A stretch of 61,092 bases of DNA, filler included. It is 5 parts of 5 records of this genome, joined end to end, with 100 filler letters (N's around TTAATTAATTAA, not from the genome) between each part and the next. Parts side by side here need not be neighbours in the genome. Positions count along the whole stretch, not along the records: positions 18,480 to 42,937 come from SRR2962707_1698; positions 43,038 to 53,606 come from SRR2962707_1699; 3 more parts are not named here. One strand, 5' to 3'. Position 1 is the first letter of the stretch. The number at the start of each line of letters is the position of its first letter. The translations under genes and the position numbers were made by a program. This document shows, piece by piece, positions 41,394 to 52,972 of the stretch. The notes below the pieces were generated by a model. The model saw only the letters and a program-made list of their open reading frames with translations, was not told the DNA's origin and did not search any database.

Positions 41394-42812
41394 TTGGCGA
41401 TCACTTCGACGACTGTCGTCGCCTCGTACAACGGCGACGGCTCAACCACATCTTTTGCCATTCCGTTCCTGTTCTTCGAGAACAGTCATGTCAAGGCGAC
41501 CTTGACCGATAGCGGTGGGGCGGATACGGAATGGTCGCTTGGCACGCAGTACACCGTCGCCGGAGCGGGGAATGAGGCTGGTGGCACGTTGACGGTGCTG
41601 ACCAGCCCAACAGATTACACGCCGGCATCCGGCGAAACCCTGACCGTTGAACGCGTCTCTCCACAGACACAAGAGATATCGTTACCGTTGGGTGGAGAAC
41701 TGCCGTCAACCAGCCTGGAGCGTATGGTTGATCAGGCGGTCATGAACATCCAGGAGGTCACTCAGTCGATAAGCCGAAAGCTTGGCTTTCCTGTCTCGGA
41801 TTCGGTTACGCTATCGGCGGAAATTCCAAACGCGTCATCGCGTGCAAGCAAGTTTCTCGCCTTCGACGCCTCTGGCGAACCCATCGCCTCCACGGGGCCG
41901 ACCGGCGACAGCTCGATCCCGGTTTCCTCGTTTATCGAGACGCTATTGGATGACGCCAATGCGGCTGCGGCTTTGGCAACGCTCGGGGCGCAGGCCGACT
42001 TGGCCGTGCCGTCTCAGGCGGAAGCTGAGGCAGGGACTGCAACAGACGAACGTGTTTGGACCGCCGAGCGAGTATCGCAGGCGATTGCGGCACTTTCCGG
42101 TTTGCCGCGCAGTTATCTCGCCGGGCTCACGCTATCAAACGGCACGGATACGGACCACGACATTGATATCGCCGTCGGCGAATGCCGGGACAGTACGAAC
42201 GCCTTCGACCTGAGTTTGGCATCGGGACTTACGAAGGAGATCGATTCAGCTTGGGCGGTGGGAACGGGGAACGGGGGGTTATTCTCTGGAACGGTCGCGA
42301 ACAGTACGACCTACCATGTTTTCTTGATCCGAAAGGACAGCGACGGAACGCTTGACGCCGGGTTCGATACCAGTGCTTCGGCGGCAAACATCCCGGCGGG
42401 GTATACGGCGTTCCGTCGGCTCGGCTCGGTCATGACGGACGGGTCTGCAAACATCATCGCCTTTTCCCAACTTGGCGATGAGTTCTTGTGGGATGTCATT
42501 GCCGAGACCACCAATTCGGTTTCGACCACCGCATCCCTAATAACCGTGCAGGCGCCTCTAGGCATCCAGACCCATTGGCGCGGTTTCATCCAGACACCGG
42601 CATCCGCCCTTACGCTTGTTACGCCGACTGATGCCAGCGATGAAGTTCCCAGCGGATCCAAGAACCAAAACATCGCTGACACGAGCATAGCGACGGATAC
42701 AGTTCGAACCAACACGAGTTCGCAGGTCCGCGTTGTCACCAATACTGGCGGCGGCACAAACGTCACGCTTGGGACCAGAGGCTATATCGACCGCCGCGGG
42801 CGGGACGACTAA
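41394..42812 (+). CDS. Tail fibre/adaptor protein with a T7 gp17-like N-terminal domain
   Basis: SD AAGGAG + TTG; YNGDGSTTSFAIPF, YTV.G.G...GG, LERMVDQ. Confidence 0.85.
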   Translation: MAITSTTVVASYNGDGSTTSFAIPFLFFENSHVKATLTDSGGADTEWSLGTQYTVAGAGNEAGGTLTVLTSPTDYTPASGETLTVERVSPQTQEISLPLGGELPSTSLERMVDQAVMNIQEVTQSISRKLGFPVSDSVTLSAEIPNASSRASKFLAFDASGEPIASTGPTGDSSIPVSSFIETLLDDANAAAALATLGAQADLAVPSQAEAEAGTATDERVWTAERVSQAIAALSGLPRSYLAGLTLSNGTDTDHDIDIAVGECRDSTNAFDLSLASGLTKEIDSAWAVGTGNGGLFSGTVANSTTYHVFLIRKDSDGTLDAGFDTSASAANIPAGYTAFRRLGSVMTDGSANIIAFSQLGDEFLWDVIAETTNSVSTTASLITVQAPLGIQTHWRGFIQTPASALTLVTPTDASDEVPSGSKNQNIADTSIATDTVRTNTSSQVRVVTNTGGGTNVTLGTRGYIDRRGRDD

Positions 42813-42937
42813 TGCGAAGAATTCGGTTTATCCGCCGCCCGGGCCTTGTTGGTCGGATCGGGCGCATTGGCCTGCTGCTTGGTCGCGCCTCGGCACCCTC
42901 AGGCGGCGGGGGAGGTGGTGACACACGCGTTACGTCC
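42812..42937 (+). CDS. Start of the next gene, truncated (MRRIRFIRRPGLVGRIGRIGLLLGR..GGGGGG)
   Basis: TAATG overlap; open to the contig end. Confidence 0.55.
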
Positions 42938-43037
42938 NNNNNNNNNNNNNNNNNNNNNNNNNNNNNNNNNNNNNNNNNNNNTTAATTAATTAANNNNNNN
43001 NNNNNNNNNNNNNNNNNNNNNNNNNNNNNNNNNNNNN
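42938..43037. other. Artificial contig spacer
   Basis: 44 N + TTAATTAATTAA + 44 N. Confidence 0.98.
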
Positions 43038-43125
43038 CGGCGCGAAGCGACGGGTGAGGGGGCCTTTTTACCCTTGCCCGAGGCGAGGAAAGGGTCGATG
43101 GGCCGACAGGCCAATAGATGTCCAT

Positions 43126-44907
43126 CTAGTGGTTGTCTCGCGGCAGACCTTTGGATTGGGCGATACGTTGATAGTTCACTGCGGGTTTGAGGACGGCGCC
43201 GTCGCCGAGCTGGTCGACCAGTCCGCGCTGGATTTCCTGCCAGGGGGTCTGGTGGTCGGGGAAGGGGTAGCCGCCCTTGGCGTCGAGTTCGGCGCGGCGC
43301 CGGGCCAGTTCGTCATCGCTGACCAGCATGTCGGCGATGCCCAACTTAAGATCGATGCGCACGCGGTCTCCGGTGCGGATCAGGGCCAGGCCGCCGCCGG
43401 CCGCGGCTTCGGGGGAGGCGTTGAGGATCGAGGGAGAGCCGGACGTTCCCGACTGACGGCCATCGCCGATGCAGGGGAGGGCGTGGATGCCGCGTTTGAT
43501 GAGGTAGGCGGGCGGGCGCATGTTGACGACTTCGGCGGCGCCCGGATAGCCGATGGGGCCGGCGCCGCGCATGAAGAGCAGGGTGAATTCGTCGATTTCG
43601 AGGGCCGGGTCGTCGATGCGGTGGTGGTAGTCCTCGGGTCCATCGAACACCACAGCCTTGCCTTCGAAGGCTTCGGGGTCGTCGGGGTTGGAGAGGTAGC
43701 GCTGGCGGAACTCGGGGGAGATGACCGAGGTCTTCATGATGGCGTTGTCGAACAGATTGCCCGACAGGACGATAAAGCCCGCGTCCTTGGTTAAAGGGGT
43801 CTCGAAGGGGCGGATGACTTCGGGATCGAGGATGGGCGTTGCGCGGCAGTTTTCGCCGATCGCTTGTCCGTTGACGGTGGGGGCGTTCTCATAGATCAGC
43901 CCCTTTTTCATCAGCTCATTGACGACGGCGGGGACGCCGCCGGCGCGATGGAAATCCTCGCCCAGATACTCACCGGCCGGCTGGAGGTTGACCAGCAGGG
44001 GAATGTGATGCCCGTGGGTTTGCCAGTCCTTTATCGTGAGGTCGACCCCGATATGGCGGGCGATGGCGTTGATGTGGACCGGCGCGTTGGTCGAGCCGCC
44101 GATGGCCGAATTGACGGCGATGGCGTTGAGGAAATTGTCGCGGGTGAGGATGTCGGAGGGTTTTAGATCCTCGTGGACCATATCGACGATGCGCTTGCCG
44201 GTGCGCCAGGCAATCGCCGCGCGATCCTTGTGCGGAGCGGGAATGGCGGCCGAGCCGGGCAATTGCATGCCCAGCGCTTCGGCGAGCGAATTCATGGTGG
44301 TGGCCGTGCCCATGGTGTTGCAATAGCCGACCGAAGGCGCCGATGAGGCAACGAGTTCGATAAATTCCTCATAGCCGATTTCGCCGGCGGCCATCATCTC
44401 GCGGGCCTTCCAGATGATGGTGCCCGAGCCGGTGCGCTGGCCCTTGAACCAGCCATTGAGCATGGGGCCGACCGAGAGCGCGATGGCCGGGATATCGACA
44501 GTGGCGGCGCCCATGAGCATGGCGGGTGTGGTCTTGTCGCAGCCGATGGTGAGGACCACGCCATCGAGCGGATAGCCATAGAGCACTTCGACGAGGCCGA
44601 GATAGGCGAGGTTGCGATCAAGGCCGGCGGTTGGGCGTTTGCCGGTTTCCTGAATGGGGTGGACTGGAAATTCGAACGCGATGCCGCCGGCCTCGCGGAT
44701 GCCTTCGCGAACGCGCTGGGCTAGGACCATATGGTGGCGATTGCAGGGGGAGAGGTCCGAGCCCGTCTGGGCGATGCCGATGATCGGTTTGCCGGACTGG
44801 AGCTCTTCGCGGGTGATGCCGTAGTTCATATAGCGCTCGAGATAGAGCGCGGTCATATCGGGATTGTCCGGGTTGTCGAACCAGGCGCGGGAGCGCAGCT
44901 TTTTCAT
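43126..44907 (-). CDS. IlvD/Edd family sugar-acid (pentonate-type) dehydratase
   Basis: [46 protein letters not shown]. Confidence 0.92.
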   Translation of the reverse strand: MKKLRSRAWFDNPDNPDMTALYLERYMNYGITREELQSGKPIIGIAQTGSDLSPCNRHHMVLAQRVREGIREAGGIAFEFPVHPIQETGKRPTAGLDRNLAYLGLVEVLYGYPLDGVVLTIGCDKTTPAMLMGAATVDIPAIALSVGPMLNGWFKGQRTGSGTIIWKAREMMAAGEIGYEEFIELVASSAPSVGYCNTMGTATTMNSLAEALGMQLPGSAAIPAPHKDRAAIAWRTGKRIVDMVHEDLKPSDILTRDNFLNAIAVNSAIGGSTNAPVHINAIARHIGVDLTIKDWQTHGHHIPLLVNLQPAGEYLGEDFHRAGGVPAVVNELMKKGLIYENAPTVNGQAIGENCRATPILDPEVIRPFETPLTKDAGFIVLSGNLFDNAIMKTSVISPEFRQRYLSNPDDPEAFEGKAVVFDGPEDYHHRIDDPALEIDEFTLLFMRGAGPIGYPGAAEVVNMRPPAYLIKRGIHALPCIGDGRQSGTSGSPSILNASPEAAAGGGLALIRTGDRVRIDLKLGIADMLVSDDELARRRAELDAKGGYPFPDHQTPWQEIQRGLVDQLGDGAVLKPAVNYQRIAQSKGLPRDNH

Positions 44908-45833
44908 AGGGTTTCTCCAGTGCCGCTTGTGGACGGCGCGGGGGCTGTGGCGCGCCTCGTCCTTTGTTCGCGGAGGTAAATGATGAAGCTCGAGGTGATG
45001 ATGATGGCGGCGCCGGCAAGGGTTAGGGCGCGTGGAAGTTCGTCAAAGAACAGATAGCCGAAAATGATGGCCCAGGGCAGGAGCGTATATTGCAGCGGTG
45101 CGACGGCGGCGGCATCGGCGAGCTTCACGGCGCGGTTGACGCACATATGGGCGAGCATGGCGACCACCCCGAGCGTGCCGAGCAGCAGGAAATCGGGGAG
45201 CGTCGGGGTGACCCAACCGAAGGGTGTGAGGAGCAGACCAGCGACGAGAGCGCCGGTGATCTGGAAGAACACCAGCGTCTTGTCGGGCGTGCCGCGCAGG
45301 GTGCGGCCGGTGATGACCATGAGCGCAAAGGCCAGTGTGCCGACGACGGAAACGAGAATTGCCAGGGGATTGATCTCGCCCGAGGGTGTCAGGGCGACAA
45401 GGACACCGACAAAGCCCAGGCCGATGGCGGCCCAGCGGATGGGGCCGACTTTTTCCTTCAAGAGAAACGGCGACATGGCGGCGACATAAATGGGCGCGGC
45501 GAGCCAATAGGTCATGACGTCGGCCAGCGGCAGGAAATAAACAGCCCAGTAAAAGCAGAACACTTCGGCGGTGGAGAACACCACACGGGCGAACTGGAGA
45601 AGGGGGCGCTCGGCGGACAGGATGGGTTTGAGGCCCGATTTCCAGAGGAACGGCAGCAGGATGACCAAAGCGACCGCGGAGCGCAGCAGGAGGACCTGGC
45701 CGACCGAATAGGTTGAGACCAGCCATTTGCCCATGGCGTCGTTGAGTGAAAACAGGAACATGGCCAGCAGCATGATGAGCACGCCCATCCGGGCCGGTGA
45801 CATCGGGGCCGGGATTGCCTTGACGCTGCTCAT
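44904..45833 (-). CDS. DMT/EamA family transporter
   Basis: About 10 TM helices, LLKEKVG..RW, APLQYT. Confidence 0.9.
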   Translation of the reverse strand: MSSVKAIPAPMSPARMGVLIMLLAMFLFSLNDAMGKWLVSTYSVGQVLLLRSAVALVILLPFLWKSGLKPILSAERPLLQFARVVFSTAEVFCFYWAVYFLPLADVMTYWLAAPIYVAAMSPFLLKEKVGPIRWAAIGLGFVGVLVALTPSGEINPLAILVSVVGTLAFALMVITGRTLRGTPDKTLVFFQITGALVAGLLLTPFGWVTPTLPDFLLLGTLGVVAMLAHMCVNRAVKLADAAAVAPLQYTLLPWAIIFGYLFFDELPRALTLAGAAIIITSSFIIYLREQRTRRATAPAPSTSGTGETL

Positions 45834-47045
45834 CTAGAGTTCTCCATCGGCATTGGAGCGCCGATGGGTGGCATCGGGGCGGGTAAAGAGTTCAGGCAGA
45901 AGTTCGATGCCGAGACCCGGTGTATCGGGGAGTGTGATCTGGCCGTTTTTGACGATGGGCAGGGCATCGACAACTTCTGTGTACCAGCCGGTATAAAGCG
46001 CGCGCACCGATTCCTGAATGAGGGCGTTGCGGGCGTGGAGCGAGAACTGGCAGGAGGCCATGAAAACCACCGGGCCGGTGCAATCGTGCGGCGCCACGGG
46101 GATCTGCTGGGCCTCGGCCAGGGCCGCGATCTTGCGTGCTTCGGACAGGCCCCCGCACCAGGAGAGATCGAGCATGGCGACACCTGCTACGCCGGTCGCG
46201 AGATAATCGCGGAAGGCGTGGGGGTAGGCGAGGGTTTCGGACGCGCAGATCATGGCGTCGGTGTGGGGGGCGTAGGCCTTGAGGGTATCGAGGCTGTCCA
46301 TGCGCACGGGGTCTTCGTGCCAATAGGTATCGTAGGGTTTGAGCGCCCGCGCGATGCGCTGGGCGGCGGGAAGGCGCCAGAGCGAATGGAACTCGACCAT
46401 GATGTCTATCTTGTCGCCGACGGCCTTGCGGATTTTCTCGAACGGTTCGAGGGCAGTCGTCAGTTCGGCGGCGGAGATGTCGAGGCCATGAGTGCGCTCG
46501 GCGGCGATATCGAACGGCCAGATCTTCATGCCGGTTATCCCCTCATCGAGAAGGGAAAGCGCGAGTTCGTCGGCGCGGTTCAAAAAGGCGTCGAGGTCTT
46601 CGTATGGGCCGATGGGCTTGGCATCGAGGCCCCAGTTGTCGACCGACTGGGCGCGGCTGTCACGGATATAGGAATAACCCGCGCAGGTGTTGTAGGTGCG
46701 GATCGTGTCGCGGGACTTTCCGCCCAAAGCGACCGAAACAGGGACGCCGAGCGCCTTGCCGAAAATATCCCAGAGGGCGATGTCGATGGCCGAATTGCCG
46801 CGGGTTTCGACCCCGGCGCCACGCCAGCCCAGATAGCCGATCAAATCGCGGTTGATCGCTTCGATCTGGAGGGGATCGCGGCCGACGAGTTTTGGAGCGA
46901 CTGTTTCGTGGATATAGGCTTCGACCGCAGCGGAGCCGAGGAAGGTTTCGCCAAGGCCGGTGATGTTTTCATCGGTGCGGATAAGAACCCAGACGACGTT
47001 GCCGAACTGGCCAAGGCGCAGAGTTTCGACTTCTGTGATCTTCAT
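45834..47045 (-). CDS. Mandelate racemase/enolase superfamily dehydratase
   Basis: SAIDIALWDI.GK, MKIWP, VEFH, WHEDP, ASE, APHDCTGP. Confidence 0.9.
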   Translation of the reverse strand: MKITEVETLRLGQFGNVVWVLIRTDENITGLGETFLGSAAVEAYIHETVAPKLVGRDPLQIEAINRDLIGYLGWRGAGVETRGNSAIDIALWDIFGKALGVPVSVALGGKSRDTIRTYNTCAGYSYIRDSRAQSVDNWGLDAKPIGPYEDLDAFLNRADELALSLLDEGITGMKIWPFDIAAERTHGLDISAAELTTALEPFEKIRKAVGDKIDIMVEFHSLWRLPAAQRIARALKPYDTYWHEDPVRMDSLDTLKAYAPHTDAMICASETLAYPHAFRDYLATGVAGVAMLDLSWCGGLSEARKIAALAEAQQIPVAPHDCTGPVVFMASCQFSLHARNALIQESVRALYTGWYTEVVDALPIVKNGQITLPDTPGLGIELLPELFTRPDATHRRSNADGEL

Positions 47046-47070
47046 TGGGTCTATCCGCGAGAGAGGCGTG

Positions 47071-47095
47071 AAAGGGCGGAGCCATGGCCCCGCCC
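47071..47095 (-). terminator. Hairpin after dctP (weak terminator or mRNA stabiliser)
   Basis: GGGCGGGGCC-AT-GGCTCCGCCC-TTT on the minus strand. Confidence 0.45.
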
Positions 47096-47117
47096 ATCAG
47101 CGTCGGGAGGGCGACGC

Positions 47118-48125
47118 CTACTGGCCGCGAATGGCGGCGAGTTCGGTGTTGACCCGTTCGATCACATCGGCACCGATGGAGTCGGCGCTGCGATCGTAAA
47201 CGCCGGCAACAGCTTCGCGGATTTCGGCCATTGATTCGTCGGAGATGTCGTTGACTTCGATACCGGCGTCGATGATGCGCTGGAGCGATTCATCGGACAG
47301 GGCACGGCTGGCGGACCGTTGGGCATCGCGGCCCACGATGGCGCAGTCGACAAGGATCTGCTGCTCTTCTGCCGAATAGGTATCGAAGATCGGCTTGGAG
47401 AACAGAACCATGAACGGGGTGTAGGCGTGACGGGTGTTGGAGACGTAATCCTGCACTTCGTAAAAGCGCGAGGTGTCGATCGTCACATACGGGTTTTCCT
47501 GGGCGTCGATGGCCCCGGTTTCCAGCGCCGTGAACACTTCACCGAACGCCATGGGCGTTGCGTTGGTGCCAAGGGTCTGGAAGGTGTCGAGGAAGATGTT
47601 GTTCTGCATGACGCGGACGCGCATGCCGTCAAAATCGGCAAGGTTTTCCACCGGGCGTACCGAGTTGGAAAGGTTGCGGAACCCGTTCTCCCAATAGGCG
47701 AGATTGACCAGATTGTGCTCGGGCATCATGTCGGCCATGTACGTGCCGAATTCGCCGTCGAGCAGGGCGTCGGCTTCCTGTTCGCTGGAGAGCAGGAAGG
47801 GCAGATCGAAAACGCCAAGGGCCGGTTCGATGGCAACCAGCGGCGAGGTCGAGGAAATGACCATTTCGAGCGTGCCCGAACGTAGGGATTGAGCCGACTG
47901 CAGATCGTCGCCGAGTGACGAGGACCAGAACGCATTGATTGTCCATGCGCCGCCGGTGGCGTCATCGATGCATTGGGTCATGGCGTCCACGCCGTCGCCC
48001 ACCGGGTGATCTTCGGCAACGCCATTGGCGATGCGGATGGTACGCTCGGAAATCTGGGCGCTGGCCGGCAGGGCCACGCTCATGGCCAGAACGGCAGCCA
48101 GCGAGGTCGTGATGATGGTTTTCAT
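47118..48125 (-). CDS. dctP: TRAP transporter substrate-binding protein
   Basis: Signal peptide; FDLPF, WENGFR, RVM carboxylate-binding Arg, DAQENP. Confidence 0.93.
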   Translation of the reverse strand: MKTIITTSLAAVLAMSVALPASAQISERTIRIANGVAEDHPVGDGVDAMTQCIDDATGGAWTINAFWSSSLGDDLQSAQSLRSGTLEMVISSTSPLVAIEPALGVFDLPFLLSSEQEADALLDGEFGTYMADMMPEHNLVNLAYWENGFRNLSNSVRPVENLADFDGMRVRVMQNNIFLDTFQTLGTNATPMAFGEVFTALETGAIDAQENPYVTIDTSRFYEVQDYVSNTRHAYTPFMVLFSKPIFDTYSAEEQQILVDCAIVGRDAQRSASRALSDESLQRIIDAGIEVNDISDESMAEIREAVAGVYDRSADSIGADVIERVNTELAAIRGQ

Positions 48126-48165
48126 TTTCAGTTACTCCTCCATTGGTTTTCTGGTGAGACCGGGA

Positions 48166-49443
48166 TCAGCGCAGCCAGCTAAGCGGCGTGAGCACGATTT
48201 CGGGGAACATAACGAGCAGGGCCAGCACGATGATTTGGGACAGGATGAACGGCAGGACGCCATACACCACCTTGCCCATGGGTACGCGCGAGACCCCGCT
48301 GACCACGTTGAGCACGACGCCAACCGGCGGAGTGATCAGCGAGATGCAGGTCGTCATCACAAAGATGATGCCGAAATAGATGGGATCGATGTCTGCCGCC
48401 CGGATCATTGGCATGAGCACCGGGGCAAAAATCAGGATGGTCGGGGCCAGATCGAGCACCATGCCCACGACAAGCAGCAGCAGAACGATGCACAGCATCA
48501 AGAGCTTTGGATTGTCGATGAAGGGCTGGACGAGGCTGACGAGCTGGTTGGGAATATTGGCCGAAGTGATGAGCCAGGACGTGACCAGCGCTGCGGCGAC
48601 CAGGAACATGACGATCGAGGTGGTCTTGGCGGCATTGACGAACACCCGATAAAGGCTGGCCCAGGTCAGCTCGCGATAAACGACGCCGCCGACGAACAGT
48701 GCATAAACGGCAGCGGTCACCGCCGCTTCGGTCGGGGTGAAGACCCCGAACCGGATGCCGGCCAGGATGATGACGGGCATGAACAGCGCCCAAACGGCGG
48801 CGCCGGCGGCCTTGAAGCGCTCCTTGCCCGAGCTTTTGGGCAGGGCGGCAACCTTTTCCTTGCGAGCAACGAAGCCCCACATGGCAGCGAGGGCCAGCGC
48901 CATCATCAGGCCCGGCACGATGCCGCCCAGAAACAGGCCGGTGATCGAGACGTTGGCGGCAACGCCGAAGATGATGTAGGCGAGCGAGGGCGGGATGACC
49001 GGGGCCACAATGCCGCCCGATGCCATGAGGCCGGCGGCGCGCGGCACATTGTAACCGGCGTCGCGCATCATGGGCACGAGAATGGCGGCAAGCGCTGCGG
49101 AATCGGCGGCGGCGGACCCCGACATCGACGCCATGATGACGGCGGCCATGACGGCCACGAAGCCCAGACCGCCTCTTATGTGCCCCACGCAGGTGACGGC
49201 GAAATGGACGATGCGGCGCGACAGCCCGCCCGCGTTCATCAACTCGCCGGCCAGAAGGAAAAAGGGGATGGCCAGAAGGGTGAACGTGTTGGCGCCGGTG
49301 ATCATTTGCTGGGCAATGATCTGGGTGTTGAAGATGCCCATGTAGGACATCAGAACGATGCCGGTGGTCAGAAGCGCAAATGCGACCGGCAGGCCGATGG
49401 CGAGGGTGCCGAACAGCGAGCCGAGGAAGACCAGAATGATCAT
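48166..49443 (-). CDS. dctM: TRAP transporter large permease
   Basis: LAIPFF..AGELM, SGSAAAD, IPPS, TPTEA, TPPVG. Confidence 0.95.
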   Translation of the reverse strand: MIILVFLGSLFGTLAIGLPVAFALLTTGIVLMSYMGIFNTQIIAQQMITGANTFTLLAIPFFLLAGELMNAGGLSRRIVHFAVTCVGHIRGGLGFVAVMAAVIMASMSGSAAADSAALAAILVPMMRDAGYNVPRAAGLMASGGIVAPVIPPSLAYIIFGVAANVSITGLFLGGIVPGLMMALALAAMWGFVARKEKVAALPKSSGKERFKAAGAAVWALFMPVIILAGIRFGVFTPTEAAVTAAVYALFVGGVVYRELTWASLYRVFVNAAKTTSIVMFLVAAALVTSWLITSANIPNQLVSLVQPFIDNPKLLMLCIVLLLLVVGMVLDLAPTILIFAPVLMPMIRAADIDPIYFGIIFVMTTCISLITPPVGVVLNVVSGVSRVPMGKVVYGVLPFILSQIIVLALLVMFPEIVLTPLSWLR

Positions 49444-49973
49444 ATGGCGCGCTCCACCGGCTGGTTTTCTTCATACTCGCCAGCAAAGCGGGCGATGTCG
49501 GCGTCGGTGACGCGACCGGTGACGATTTCGAAGATGCGGAACAGGGCGATCAGACCGATGCCCAGCGATGTGAAATAGCCAACGCCGTAGACCCAGATCA
49601 TCGACATGCCGACCACAGCGGCGGTCATCGAGGCGTTGATGGGGTGCTGAACCCAGGTGCCGTGGAAAAACACCACTGCGGTCATCAGGATGATGATGTT
49701 GGTGATCAGCATGCAGGCAACCCGCCCGCGGCGGCCGAACAGCCGCACTATGGTTTCCACCCCGATATGGCCATGGTCCTTGAAGGCCAGCACCGCGCCG
49801 ATGAAGGTGAGCCAGACAAAGAAATAGCGGCTCATTTCCTCAGAGAAATTGAGGCCGCTGTTAAAGCCGTACCGGAGCACGACGTTGGTCGCGACCATGA
49901 TGACCATGCCCAGCAGGAGCCCGGCCAAAACGAACTCGATCACTTTGACAATGATGCTGATGGCCCTAGTCAT
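49440..49973 (-). CDS. dctQ: TRAP transporter small permease
   Basis: NVVLRY, SEEMSRY.FVW.TFIGA, HIGV; 4 TM; alternative in-frame ATG at 50009. Confidence 0.92.
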   Translation of the reverse strand: MTRAISIIVKVIEFVLAGLLLGMVIMVATNVVLRYGFNSGLNFSEEMSRYFFVWLTFIGAVLAFKDHGHIGVETIVRLFGRRGRVACMLITNIIILMTAVVFFHGTWVQHPINASMTAAVVGMSMIWVYGVGYFTSLGIGLIALFRIFEIVTGRVTDADIARFAGEYEENQPVERAI

Positions 49974-50182
49974 GAGCGGGTGTCCCCGCCCATGCCCAAA
50001 ATTGCGCATTGCGCATGTTCAGGTCTCCTCCCATAGCGCACTCGATGGAGGCGCTGTAATAGCCGTCGGCGGGGCGGCAGTTTTTGGTGCCGTTCACGAG
50101 CCGTCTGGACAAAGGCTTAAATGATAGCGTATGTCATTGTCAACGGCGTGCCGCACTGCAATGAGCGCGCTGGAGGGAGATA

Positions 50183-51208
50183 GTGGGTAAAAAAGATAAT
50201 ATTTACAGAGCTGTAACGCTAAAAGATGTTGCCGCTGCAGCCGATGTCAGCGTTATCACAGCTTCGCGGGCACTGCGCACGCCGGATATTGTTTCCGGCA
50301 AGGTACGCGAACGCGTTCAAGAGGCTGTTGATGCGCTCGGATACGCGCCAAACCAGGCGGCGCGGGCGCTCGCTTCAGCCACCACATCGACAATCGGCGT
50401 GCTGATCCCTTCGGTGACCAATCTGGTTTTTTCCGACGTGATGCGCGGGATCTACGATGCCGTTGAAGGCACACCCTATCAGGTGCAGCTGGGCAATACG
50501 CGCTACACCAATCGCAAGGAAGAAGAGTTGCTCAGGGTGTTTGCCGCCCAGCGGCCGGCGGGCTTGATCGTTTCAGGGATCGACCAGTCGCAGACGGCGC
50601 GGGCCCTTTTGGAAAGTTTTGGCTGTCCGGTGGTCCAGATCATGGATATCGGGCCCGACCCCATCGACATGATGATCGGGTTCGATCACCGCGAGGGCGG
50701 ACGGGCGGCGGTGCGTCATCTCATTGCAAACGGATACCGCCGTATCGGGTTTATCGGGGCGCGCATGGACCCGAGGGCGCAACGGCGGCTCGACGGCTAC
50801 AGCGAAGTGCTGCATGCCGAAGGGCTTTATGACGAACGCCTGATCCTGACCTCGCCGCAAGCGTCCTCGGTGGTGCGGGGGAGCGAGATGTTTGCCGATT
50901 TCCTCGGGCTAGTGCCCGACGCGGACGCTGTGTTCTGCAACAATGACGACATGGCGCTGGGTGCGCTGTTCGAGTGCCAGAGGCGGCATATCCGCGTGCC
51001 GACCCAGTTCGGGATCATGGGGTATAACGACCTCGATTATACGGCGGTGAGCAACCCGACGGTCTCATCGATCCGTACCCTGCGCTACGACATGGGTTAT
51101 CGGGCCATCGAGATGATTATCGCTGCGTCCAAGGGCGAGCGGCCCGATCCGGCGGTTGTCGATGTGGGGTACGAGCTCAAGGCCCGTCAGAGTACGGACC
51201 GCAGATAA
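50183..51208 (+). CDS. LacI-family regulator (GntR/IdnR-like)
   Basis: TLKDVAAAADVS.ITASRAL, LGYAPN..AR.L, VFCNNDD.A.G. Confidence 0.92.
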   Translation: MGKKDNIYRAVTLKDVAAAADVSVITASRALRTPDIVSGKVRERVQEAVDALGYAPNQAARALASATTSTIGVLIPSVTNLVFSDVMRGIYDAVEGTPYQVQLGNTRYTNRKEEELLRVFAAQRPAGLIVSGIDQSQTARALLESFGCPVVQIMDIGPDPIDMMIGFDHREGGRAAVRHLIANGYRRIGFIGARMDPRAQRRLDGYSEVLHAEGLYDERLILTSPQASSVVRGSEMFADFLGLVPDADAVFCNNDDMALGALFECQRRHIRVPTQFGIMGYNDLDYTAVSNPTVSSIRTLRYDMGYRAIEMIIAASKGERPDPAVVDVGYELKARQSTDRR

Positions 51209-51239
51209 AAACCGAGATTCCGGGAGGACAGATCAAACA

Positions 51240-52229
51240 ATGAATATCCTGATTATCGGGGCCGCCGGCATGGTCGGACGCAAGCTTACGGACGCGCTTG
51301 CCACATCGGGCACATTGGCGGGCAAGCCGATCGAGGCGCTAACGCTGGTCGATGTGATCGAGCCCGAAATGCCGCAGATGGACGGTGTGGACCTCACCAC
51401 GCGGGCTATCGACATTGCCGATCCAAGCGCGGCCGAAACGCTGATCGCCGAGCGGCCCGATGTGATCTTTCATCTCGCTGCGATTGTTTCGGGCGAGGCC
51501 GAGCTCGATTTCGAAAAGGGCTACGCCATCAATCTCGATGGCACGCGGTATCTGTTCGAGGCGATCCGGCAGGCGGGGAAGAACGAACCCTATTGTCCAC
51601 GTTTTGTGTTTACCTCCTCGATTGCAGTGTTCGGTGCGCCGTTTCCCGACAAGATCGGGGACGAGTTTTTCCTGACGCCGCGCACCAGTTATGGGACGCA
51701 GAAGGCGATCGGGGAATTGCTGCTGGCCGACTATTCGCGGCGCGGGATTCTCGATGGGGTGGGCATCAGGCTGCCGACCATCTGTATCCGTCCGGGCAAG
51801 CCCAACAAGGCGGCCTCGGGGTTCTTTTCTTCAATCCTGCGCGAGCCGCTGGTGGGGCTCGAGGCCGTGTTGCCGGTCAGCGAGGATGCGCGGCATTGGC
51901 ACGCCAGCCCACGGGCTGCCGTGAGGTTTTTGATCCATGCGGCGGAGTTGGATACCGCGGTGCTCGGGGCGCGGCGGAGTTTGAACATGCCGGGGCTATC
52001 GGCGACGGTGGGTGAGCAGATCGAGGCGCTGCGACGTGTGGCCGGAGACGAGGCGGTCAAGCTGATCCGGCGCGAACCCGATGCCATGACCGCCGAGATG
52101 GTCGAAGGCTGGGCCAAGGATTTCGACGCCTCGCGGGCGCTCTCGCTTGGGTTTGTGGCCGAAGCCTCGTTCGATGAAATCATTGCCATCCATATCGAGG
52201 ACGAACTGGGCGGGGAGCTGCCGAAATGA
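51240..52229 (+). CDS. denD: D-erythronate dehydrogenase-like extended SDR
   Basis: [42 protein letters not shown]. Confidence 0.8.
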   Translation: MNILIIGAAGMVGRKLTDALATSGTLAGKPIEALTLVDVIEPEMPQMDGVDLTTRAIDIADPSAAETLIAERPDVIFHLAAIVSGEAELDFEKGYAINLDGTRYLFEAIRQAGKNEPYCPRFVFTSSIAVFGAPFPDKIGDEFFLTPRTSYGTQKAIGELLLADYSRRGILDGVGIRLPTICIRPGKPNKAASGFFSSILREPLVGLEAVLPVSEDARHWHASPRAAVRFLIHAAELDTAVLGARRSLNMPGLSATVGEQIEALRRVAGDEAVKLIRREPDAMTAEMVEGWAKDFDASRALSLGFVAEASFDEIIAIHIEDELGGELPK

Positions 52230-52972
52230 AAATTGCAATCGTGACCGGTGGCGGCACCGGGGTGGGCAAGGCGATTGCCAAAGCGCTTTACGCAGATGGA
52301 TTTGCCGTCGCGCTGTTCGGGCGGCGGCAGGAGGTGCTTGAGGCGACGGCCGCAGAGATCGATGCGGGCGGCGAAAAGGTTCAGGCGGTGTCTGTGGACA
52401 TTGGCGACCGGGCCGCAGTCGGGGCGGCGTTCGAGACTGTGATCGCCCGATGGGGGCGGCTCGATCTGCTGGTCAACAATGCGGGGATGAACGCGCCTTC
52501 GGTTGCGTTGGAGGACGTTTCGGCAGCGCAATGGGACCAGGTGGTGGGCGCGAATCTGTCGGGGGCGTTTTTCTGCACGCAGTTCGCATTCCGCCAGTTC
52601 AAGGCGCAGAGCCCGCAGGGTGGGCGGATCATCAACAACGGTTCGATTTCGGCCACAACGCCGCGTCCGCAATCGGCGCCCTATGCGGCGACCAAGCACG
52701 CAATCACGGGGCTTACCAAGGCGTCGGCGCTCGACGGGCGGCCTTTCAACATTGCGGTGGGGCAGATCGACATCGGCAATGCGTCCACGGACATGACGAC
52801 GCGGATGTCTTCGGGCGTGTTGCAGGCCGATGGGTCGATGGCGGTGGAGCCGACGATCGATGCGGATCATATCGCTAGGGCTGTGAGCTATATGGCGGGA
52901 CTGCCGTTGGAGGCCAATACTTTGACCATGACGGTGATGGCGACCCAGATGCCGTTTGTCGGCCGGGGGTAG
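52226..52972 (+). CDS. Short-chain dehydrogenase/reductase
   Basis: [30 protein letters not shown]. Confidence 0.92.
   Translation: MKIAIVTGGGTGVGKAIAKALYADGFAVALFGRRQEVLEATAAEIDAGGEKVQAVSVDIGDRAAVGAAFETVIARWGRLDLLVNNAGMNAPSVALEDVSAAQWDQVVGANLSGAFFCTQFAFRQFKAQSPQGGRIINNGSISATTPRPQSAPYAATKHAITGLTKASALDGRPFNIAVGQIDIGNASTDMTTRMSSGVLQADGSMAVEPTIDADHIARAVSYMAGLPLEANTLTMTVMATQMPFVGRG

Larger units (their letters stand above)
18480..42937 (+). mobile_element. Podovirus-type phage/prophage late region (packaging, head, tail, ejection proteins), truncated at both ends
   Basis: Order terS-terL-portal-scaffold-capsid-tube A-tube B-GNAT-ejection proteins-fibre, almost all on + with overlapping start/stop codons. 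Confidence 0.95.

Noticed and set aside
45864-49578. Long alternative-frame ORFs (45864-47234, 48025-49578, 48179-49486) and similar ones opposite portal, scaffold and capsid
   Set aside because: Shadow ORFs of high-GC coding sequence with no recognisable motifs
50121-50137. ATGATAGCGTATGTCAT as a LacI-type operator
   Set aside because: Plausible position, but the arms are out of register; too weak to call without comparative data
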